In this document: positions 1 to 4,182 of the stretch, piece after piece
Layout of the letters: every line of letters starts with the position of its first letter
Numbering within the stretch: the stretch's first letter is position 1
Origin: a virus
Lineage: Duplodnaviria > Heunggongvirae > Uroviricota > Caudoviricetes
DNA length: 4,182 bases
Virus record (IMG/VR): IMGVR_UViG_2778261347_000020
Reading direction: 5' to 3' (one strand)
Notes under the pieces: generated by a model
What the model saw: only the letters and a program-made list of their open reading frames with translations
Databases searched by the model: none
Told to the model about the DNA's origin: nothing
Translations under genes and position numbers: made by a program

Positions 1-83
1 TCACCTATTGCGGATGGCAAAAACTCGATAAGGCCGTCACCGTTCTGGCGAAAAGCTGATTTTTCCGGCATCAATCCAGATAT

Positions 84-101
84 GGTGATCCCCATATCGG
101 G
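84..101. repeat. Direct repeat copy A (15-bp exact core gatccccatatcggg at 87..101; 17/18 match over 84..101) paired with 853..870
   Basis: Exact 15-mer seen at 87..101 and 856..870 on the same strand; chance of an exact 15-mer recurring in 4 kb is low. Confidence 0.8.
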
Positions 102-139
102 ATAATTACGAAATTTTCGCAGTTTAATAGGTGACCAGA

Positions 140-337
140 ATGACAGAAGCCGAAAATTATGTGCGTGTTGTTGCTGAGGTGATGCGCCGTGATGGTATCC
201 AGCTTAATGATGTGGATATGCGCAACATACGGATCCGCGTTCTTGAAATGCTGGCCTACCGTCGCCGCGTGCAGACGTACAGGGAAAAAGCAAAAATTAC
301 GTACCACTGGAAGAGGCAGGAGCGGTTACGGCGGTAA
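140..337 (+). CDS. Hypothetical small basic protein, 65 aa (MTEAENYVRVVAEVMRRDGIQLND...KRQERLRR); function unknown
   Basis: ATG at 140 preceded by SD-like AGGTGA (129..134) with 5-nt spacer; stop TAA 335..337; first ~45 codons use E. coli-preferred codons (cgt, cgc, ctg, gaa); Arg/Lys-rich C-terminus. The ORF track starts it at GTG 131; I prefer ATG 140 because of the SD spacing. No family recognised. Confidence 0.35.
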   Translation: MTEAENYVRVVAEVMRRDGIQLNDVDMRNIRIRVLEMLAYRRRVQTYREKAKITYHWKRQERLRR

Positions 338-342
338 CTGGT

Positions 343-369
343 TGAACTTAAAGCAAAGCGCAAAATTGC
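343..369. repeat. 27-bp direct repeat copy 1 (tgaacttaaagcaaagcgcaaaattgc)
   Basis: 26/27 identical to 562..588; begins 6 nt after the stop of the 140..337 ORF. Confidence 0.85.
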
Positions 370-561
370 GTTGGCTGGTGGGTGAGTTGCAGATCTGCAA
401 CTCGACCATGAAATTACGGAAACTACCCGTAGTTTGGGTAGTAAGAGTAACACCCAGATTTTGGGGCTTACTCGCGATACCCAAATAAAGGGTATCGGTG
501 GAAGAAATATCGTTTCTCATATGTGAGTACCGAGGGCGGAATTACGCCTTCGGTTACTCGC
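370..561 (+). other. Hairpin-rich 192-bp segment between the 27-bp direct repeats; candidate structured RNA or small cassette (function unknown)
   Basis: Four stem-loops by manual pairing: 384..403 (palindrome), 422..442 (7-bp stem ACTACCC/GGGTAGT, 7-nt loop), 475..497 (8-bp stem CGATACCC/GGGTATCG, 7-nt loop), 529..554 (10-bp stem with one G.U, 6-nt loop). Stems 2 and 3 share the TACCC...GGGTA arms. Strand of any transcript is not established. Confidence 0.3.
384..403. promoter_or_regulatory. 20-bp perfect palindrome gagttgcagatctgcaactc with central GATC; candidate dimeric protein-binding site or 8-bp stem / 4-nt loop hairpin
   Basis: Sequence equals its own reverse complement over 20 bp (checked base by base); centre is a Dam GATC site. 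Confidence 0.5.
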
Positions 562-588
562 TGAACTTAAAGCAAAGCGCAAATTTGC
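562..588. repeat. 27-bp direct repeat copy 2 (tgaacttaaagcaaagcgcaaatttgc), containing a perfect 10-bp palindrome gcaaatttgc (579..588)
   Basis: 26/27 identity to 343..369; single A/T difference makes the internal palindrome perfect in this copy. Confidence 0.85.
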
Positions 589-852
589 ACTCTGGCCTAA
601 CCCGTTGATATTTCCGGCAACCTCAATTTGAGGAGATCGGAAACATCACCCTTCAAATTCTGAATGGTCATAATGACCACGCAGACCATCAAGGCAACCA
701 CAACGAACATCGTTACGGTTGGAGCTTTTACCCCACTGGGGGAAAAGGTACGCACCTGAATCATCATTACCGTGATCAAGGGTATGTAAAGCCCACCAGC
801 CTGATTAACGTTTAACCGGAAAAAAATTCCGGTATGGGGGGAGTGGGTAGGT

Positions 853-870
853 GGGGATCCCCATATCGGG
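853..870. repeat. Direct repeat copy B (15-bp exact core 856..870) paired with 84..101
   Basis: Exact 15-mer gatccccatatcggg; flanks show weaker similarity (ttccgg ... tatgg ... core) suggesting a longer degenerate repeat unit of about 45 bp. Confidence 0.8.
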
Positions 871-932
871 GAACATCCACCAGCTTCATAACGGATGGCC
901 GGAAAATGATAACGGTTAAAGCGTGTTGATCT

Positions 933-989
933 TTGTTCGTGGTTGTTCGATATTGTTCGTGAAACGGTGTAGTTAATGGTGTAGTTAAT
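933..989. promoter_or_regulatory. Iteron-like direct repeats upstream of clpS: TTGTTCG x3 phased at exactly 10 bp (933..939, 943..949, 953..959) and tandem 12-mer GGTGTAGTTAAT x2 (966..977, 978..989)
   Basis: Seen directly in sequence; 10-bp phasing puts the copies on one helix face, typical of regulator binding arrays; embedded in an AT-rich stretch. Binding protein unknown. Confidence 0.35.
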
Positions 990-1052
990 TTCGCTGTTTT
1001 TGACAGAGTTGTTATTTGTAACACAGTGAAAAATAAAGACTAATCAATGAAA

Positions 1053-1061
1053 TGTTATAAA
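1053..1061 (+). promoter_or_regulatory. Candidate extended -10 element (TGtTATAAA) for clpS-clpA transcription
   Basis: TGn + TATAAA about 100 nt upstream of the clpS ATG; no good -35 (acceptable for extended -10 promoters). Purely sequence-based guess. Confidence 0.25.
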
Positions 1062-1162
1062 TGATAGTTATCTATCATGTGGAGTAGATTGGTCAGGCAA
1101 ATAAGCTCTTGTCAGCGGCAGGGCGTTCTGCCGATAACCGTAACCGAAGATGATAACTGACA

Positions 1163-1483
1163 ATGGGTAAAACGAACGACTGGCTGGACTTTGATCAACT
1201 GGCGGAAGAAAAAGTTCGCGACGCGCTAAAACCGCCATCTATGTATAAAGTGATATTAGTCAATGATGATTACACTCCGATGGAGTTTGTTATTGACGTG
1301 TTACAAAAATTCTTTTCTTATGATGTAGAACGTGCAACGCAATTGATGCTCGCTGTTCACTACCAGGGGAAGGCCATTTGCGGAGTCTTTACCGCCGAGG
1401 TTGCAGAAACCAAAGTGGCGATGGTGAACAAGTACGCGAGGGAGAATGAGCATCCATTGCTGTGTACGCTAGAAAAAGCCTGA
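1163..1483 (+). CDS. clpS: ClpS, ATP-dependent Clp protease adaptor protein (N-degron recognition), 106 aa
   Basis: Translation [106 protein letters not shown] matches E. coli ClpS as I recall it; sits 30 bp upstream of clpA as in the canonical operon. Confidence 0.97.
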
Positions 1484-1513
1484 ATGCAGGCATAAAAATT
1501 GGGGGAGGTGCCT

Positions 1514-3790
1514 ATGCTCAATCAAGAACTGGAACTCAGTTTAAATATGGCTTTCGCCAGAGCGCGCGAGCACCGTCATGAGTTTATGACCGTCGAGCAC
1601 TTGTTACTGGCGCTGCTCAGTAACCCATCTGCCCGGGAGGCGCTGGAAGCGTGTTCTGTGGATTTGGTTGCGCTCCGTCAGGAACTGGAAGCCTTTATTG
1701 AACAAACCACACCCGTTCTGCCTGCCAGTGAAGAGGAGCGCGACACACAGCCGACGCTGAGTTTTCAGCGTGTACTGCAACGTGCGGTCTTCCATGTCCA
1801 GTCCTCCGGTCGCAATGAGGTAACCGGTGCAAACGTTCTGGTCGCTATCTTTAGCGAACAGGAGTCGCAGGCGGCATATCTGTTGCGTAAACATGAAGTC
1901 AGCCGTCTCGATGTGGTGAACTTTATCTCTCATGGCACGCGTAAAGACGAGCCGACACAGTCTTCTGATCCTGGCAGCCAGCCAAACAGCGAAGAACAAG
2001 CTGGTGGGGAGGAACGTATGGAGAATTTCACGACGAACCTGAATCAGCTTGCGCGCGTGGGCGGAATCGACCCACTGATTGGTCGTGAGAAGGAGCTGGA
2101 GCGTGCTATTCAGGTTCTCTGCCGTCGCCGTAAAAACAACCCGCTGCTGGTGGGGGAATCTGGTGTCGGTAAAACCGCGATTGCGGAAGGTCTTGCCTGG
2201 CGAATTGTTCAGGGCGATGTGCCGGAAGTGATGGCTGACTGTACGATTTACTCTCTCGATATCGGTTCTCTGTTAGCGGGCACTAAATATCGCGGCGACT
2301 TTGAAAAACGTTTTAAAGCGTTGCTCAAGCAGCTGGAGCAGGACACTAACAGCATCCTGTTTATTGATGAGATCCACACCATTATCGGTGCGGGTGCAGC
2401 GTCTGGTGGCCAGGTCGATGCGGCTAACCTGATCAAACCGTTGCTCTCCAGCGGTAAAATTCGCGTAATTGGTTCGACAACCTATCAGGAGTTCAGCAAC
2501 ATTTTCGAGAAAGACCGTGCTCTGGCGCGTCGCTTCCAGAAAATTGATATTACTGAACCGTCGATCGAAGAAACTGTTCAAATCATCAATGGCCTGAAAC
2601 CGAAGTATGAAGCGCACCACGACGTGCGTTATACCGCAAAAGCGGTGCGTGCAGCGGTAGAGCTGGCGGTGAAATACATTAACGATCGTCATCTGCCGGA
2701 TAAAGCCATTGACGTTATCGACGAAGCGGGCGCTCGCGCACGCCTGATGCCGGTAAGCAAACGCAAGAAAACCGTTAATGTGGCGGATATTGAGTCCGTG
2801 GTGGCCCGTATTGCGCGCATTCCAGAGAAGAGTGTTTCTCAGAGTGACCGCGATACCCTGAAAAACCTCGGCGATCGCCTGAAAATGCTGGTCTTCGGTC
2901 AGGATAAAGCCATTGAGGCGCTGACTGAAGCCATTAAGATGGCGCGTGCAGGTTTAGGTCACGAACATAAACCGGTTGGTTCGTTCCTGTTTGCCGGCCC
3001 TACCGGGGTCGGGAAAACAGAGGTGACGGTACAGCTTTCGAAAGCGTTGGGCATTGAGCTGCTGCGCTTTGATATGTCCGAGTATATGGAACGCCATACC
3101 GTCAGCCGTCTGATTGGTGCGCCTCCGGGATACGTTGGTTTTGATCAGGGAGGTTTGCTGACTGATGCGGTCATCAAGCATCCACATGCGGTGCTGTTGC
3201 TGGACGAAATCGAGAAAGCGCATCCGGACGTGTTCAATATTCTGTTGCAGGTGATGGACAACGGTACGCTGACCGATAACAACGGACGCAAAGCGGACTT
3301 CCGTAACGTGGTGCTGGTGATGACCACCAACGCCGGGGTACGTGAAACTGAGCGTAAATCCATTGGTCTTATCCACCAGGATAACAGCACCGATGCGATG
3401 GAGGAGATCAAGAAGATCTTTACACCGGAATTCCGTAACCGTCTCGACAACATTATCTGGTTTGATCATCTGTCAACCGACGTGATCCATCAGGTGGTGG
3501 ATAAATTCATCGTCGAGTTGCAGGTTCAGCTGGATCAGAAAGGTGTTTCTCTGGAAGTGAGCCAGGAAGCGCGTAACTGGCTGGCCGAGAAAGGTTACGA
3601 CCGGGCAATGGGCGCACGTCCGATGGCGCGTGTCATCCAGGACAACCTGAAAAAACCGCTCGCCAACGAACTGCTGTTTGGTTCGCTGGTGGACGGCGGT
3701 CAGGTCACCGTCGCGCTGGATAAAGAGAAAAATGAGCTGACTTACGGATTCCAGAGTGCACAAAAGCACAAGGCGGAAGCAGCGCATTAA
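1514..3790 (+). CDS. clpA: ClpA, ATP-dependent Clp protease ATP-binding subunit (AAA+ unfoldase, two nucleotide-binding domains), 758 aa
   Basis: ATG at 1514 preceded by SD GGGGGAGG (1501..1508); the ORF track's TTG at 1499 is an upstream in-frame extension, not the likely start. Walker A motifs GESGVGKT (2153..2176, Lys220) and GPTGVGKT (2996..3019, Lys501) are at the positions expected for ClpA D1 and D2. Stop TAA 3788..3790. Confidence 0.98.
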   Translation: MLNQELELSLNMAFARAREHRHEFMTVEHLLLALLSNPSAREALEACSVDLVALRQELEAFIEQTTPVLPASEEERDTQPTLSFQRVLQRAVFHVQSSGRNEVTGANVLVAIFSEQESQAAYLLRKHEVSRLDVVNFISHGTRKDEPTQSSDPGSQPNSEEQAGGEERMENFTTNLNQLARVGGIDPLIGREKELERAIQVLCRRRKNNPLLVGESGVGKTAIAEGLAWRIVQGDVPEVMADCTIYSLDIGSLLAGTKYRGDFEKRFKALLKQLEQDTNSILFIDEIHTIIGAGAASGGQVDAANLIKPLLSSGKIRVIGSTTYQEFSNIFEKDRALARRFQKIDITEPSIEETVQIINGLKPKYEAHHDVRYTAKAVRAAVELAVKYINDRHLPDKAIDVIDEAGARARLMPVSKRKKTVNVADIESVVARIARIPEKSVSQSDRDTLKNLGDRLKMLVFGQDKAIEALTEAIKMARAGLGHEHKPVGSFLFAGPTGVGKTEVTVQLSKALGIELLRFDMSEYMERHTVSRLIGAPPGYVGFDQGGLLTDAVIKHPHAVLLLDEIEKAHPDVFNILLQVMDNGTLTDNNGRKADFRNVVLVMTTNAGVRETERKSIGLIHQDNSTDAMEEIKKIFTPEFRNRLDNIIWFDHLSTDVIHQVVDKFIVELQVQLDQKGVSLEVSQEARNWLAEKGYDRAMGARPMARVIQDNLKKPLANELLFGSLVDGGQVTVALDKEKNELTYGFQSAQKHKAEAAH
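2008..2020 (+). promoter_or_regulatory. clpA: Internal SD (GGAGG 2008..2012) plus in-frame ATG (2018..2020, Met169) for the N-terminally truncated ClpA65 isoform
   Basis: Codon 169 of clpA is ATG with a GGAGG 5 nt upstream; internal initiation at Met169 producing a 65-kDa ClpA form is established for E. coli clpA. Confidence 0.6.
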
Positions 3791-3815
3791 TCTGATTGTT
3801 AGGTAGGTTGGTCAA

Positions 3816-3852
3816 GTCCGTAATCTCGAAAGAGGTTACGGACTTTTTGTTT
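3816..3852 (+). terminator. Rho-independent terminator of clpA
   Basis: 12-bp stem gtccgtaatctc / gaggttacggac (one G.U) closing a GAAA tetraloop (3828..3831), followed by TTTTTGTTT (3844..3852); 26 nt after the clpA stop. Confidence 0.8.
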
Positions 3853-4001
3853 ATGGGGTGGAGGAGGTTCAGACCCTTTTTTAATGATGATGGTAAGTTG
3901 TTGATAATTAGTGCTGCGGGAAGGTAAGGATAAAAAAGGGTGCTGCAGGAGAATGGGATGGTTTTGCTTTATTAACAACGGGCTAAACGTGTAGTATTTG
4001 A
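3853..4001 (+). promoter_or_regulatory. AT-rich putative CRISPR leader upstream of the first repeat
   Basis: Non-coding, AT-rich, immediately 5' of the first consensus repeat; the degenerate repeat is at the distal end, consistent with this orientation. Promoter elements not confidently identified. Confidence 0.45.
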
Positions 4002-4089
4002 GTTCACTGCCGTACAGGCAGCTTAGAAATCGACGGGGTGCGGTAAAACCTTTGCGAACGCGTTCACTGCCGTACAGACAGATAAAATG
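4002..4089 (+). CRISPR. Type I-F CRISPR mini-array: repeat 1 GTTCACTGCCGTACAGGCAGCTTAGAAA (4002..4029), 32-nt spacer (4030..4061), degenerate terminal repeat GTTCACTGCCGTACAGACAGATAAAATG (4062..4089)
   Basis: Repeat 1 matches the E. coli/Yersinia-subtype I-F 28-nt repeat as I recall it, including the CTGCC-GTACA-GGCAG hairpin bound by Cas6f; spacer length 32 is typical for I-F; second repeat matches the first 16 nt then degenerates. No cas genes in the window. Confidence 0.85.
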
Positions 4090-4091
4090 CG

Positions 4092-4120
4092 AAAAAAAAG
4101 CTCGCACTTTCGTACGAGCT
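4092..4120 (-). terminator. Rho-independent terminator for a minus-strand transcript entering from the right
   Basis: On the minus strand: stem GCTCG..CGAGC with inner 2 bp and a GAAA loop, followed by eight U (complement of A-run 4092..4099). Position fits the terminator of a tRNA gene whose 3' end would lie at about 4133. Confidence 0.6.
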
Positions 4121-4132
4121 CTTCTTTAAATA

Positions 4133-4146
4133 TGGCGGTGAGGGGG
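4133..4146 (-). other. 14-nt stub identical to the 3' end of tRNA-Ser(GGA) (minus strand CCCCCTCACCGCCA); rest of the tRNA absent; candidate att-site core / integration junction
   Basis: TGGCGGTGAGGGGG on + strand is the reverse complement of the acceptor 3' strand, discriminator and CCA of E. coli tRNA-Ser(GGA) as I recall it; the sequence after 4146 has no T-arm (no GTTCGAATC complement). 4134..4152 also folds as a hairpin GGCGGT-gaggggg-ACCGCC. Confidence 0.4.
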
Positions 4147-4182
4147 ACCGCCTGAAATAAATCTGACTTAATCCAGGGGTGT

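Noticed and set aside
1-105. Plus-strand frame open from window start to TAA at 103..105 as the 3' end of an upstream gene
   Set aside because: Only 34 codons, which is within chance expectation for an open frame; no recognisable domain, so not reported as a CDS.
71-520. Overlapping ORFs 71..307 (-), 189..488 (+), 256..453 (-), 326..520 (-)
   Set aside because: They overlap the better-supported 140..337 ORF or run through the repeat and palindrome module; none has a convincing RBS, and their products are low-complexity.
343-588. Retron msr-msd, type III toxin-antitoxin RNA repeats, or Tn7-like TnsB-binding end repeats as explanations for the 27-bp repeats
   Set aside because: No reverse transcriptase or toxin gene adjacent, retron flanks would be inverted not direct, type III antitoxin repeats are contiguous tandems, and similarity to Tn7 end repeats is only a vague TTAAG-containing resemblance with no terminal TGT..ACA.
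609-815. Plus-strand His-rich frame (…NGHNDHADHQGNHNEHRY…HLNHHYRDQGY…) as a metal-binding small protein
   Set aside because: No ATG/GTG/TTG in frame; the only candidate would be a rare AUC/AUU start downstream of GAGGAG. Kept as a possible pseudogene remnant in findings rather than a feature.
815-833. Hairpin accggaa-aaaaa-ttccggt as a terminator
   Set aside because: The stem is perfect but the A/T run is in the loop rather than following the stem on either strand, so it does not fit an intrinsic terminator.
597-1024. Minus-strand ORFs 597..779 (TTG start, hydrophobic stretch VTMFVVVALMVCVVIMTI) and 812..1024
   Set aside because: No SD ahead of the TTG or the internal ATG; 812..1024 runs through the iteron repeats, so its peptide repeats are a translation of DNA repeats. 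A type I toxin-like peptide was considered but the evidence is too weak to call.
1499-1513. TTG at 1499 as the clpA start (ORF track gives MGEVPMLNQ...)
   Set aside because: The canonical ClpA N-terminus is [10 protein letters not shown]; ATG 1514 has a strong SD (GGGGGAGG) at ideal spacing, and the TTG extension would itself cover that SD.
1604-3787. Minus-strand ORFs inside clpA (1604..1999, 2248..2436, 2273..2692, 2954..3469, 3145..3453, 3473..3787)
   Set aside because: All are antisense to a well-supported, intact clpA reading frame; no RBS support and no recognisable products; typical antisense artefacts.
3799-4107. Minus-strand 102-aa ORF spanning the CRISPR leader and array
   Set aside because: It reads through both CRISPR repeats (the repeated CLYGSE peptide is the translated repeat) and crosses the clpA terminator; an artefact of the array.
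4133-4182. A complete tRNA gene on the minus strand at the window edge
   Set aside because: Only the acceptor 3' strand and CCA match; the region where the T-loop should be (4147..4165) has no GTTCGAATC complement, so no tRNA can be folded from what is present.

Overview
The window is dominated by an intact clpS-clpA operon (+ strand): ClpS adaptor at 1163..1483 and ClpA AAA+ unfoldase at 1514..3790, both matching the Escherichia coli proteins as I recall them. Downstream, clpA ends in a strong intrinsic terminator, followed by an AT-rich leader and a two-repeat, one-spacer type I-F CRISPR mini-array with no cas genes in the window. The right edge carries a minus-strand terminator and a 14-nt stub identical to the 3' end of tRNA-Ser(GGA), after which the sequence is not tRNA-like; this looks like an integration junction at serW. 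The 1.16 kb upstream of clpS is the least explained part: I find no cspD, which I expected there from the K-12 gene order. Instead it holds a 65-aa basic ORF with a good RBS, a roughly 250-bp hairpin-rich module bracketed by 27-bp direct repeats, a 20-bp perfect palindrome, 15-bp exact direct repeats about 770 bp apart, and phased iteron-like repeats ahead of clpS. I cannot assign a function to any of these from sequence alone; they are the best candidates for something undescribed, but none is demonstrated.
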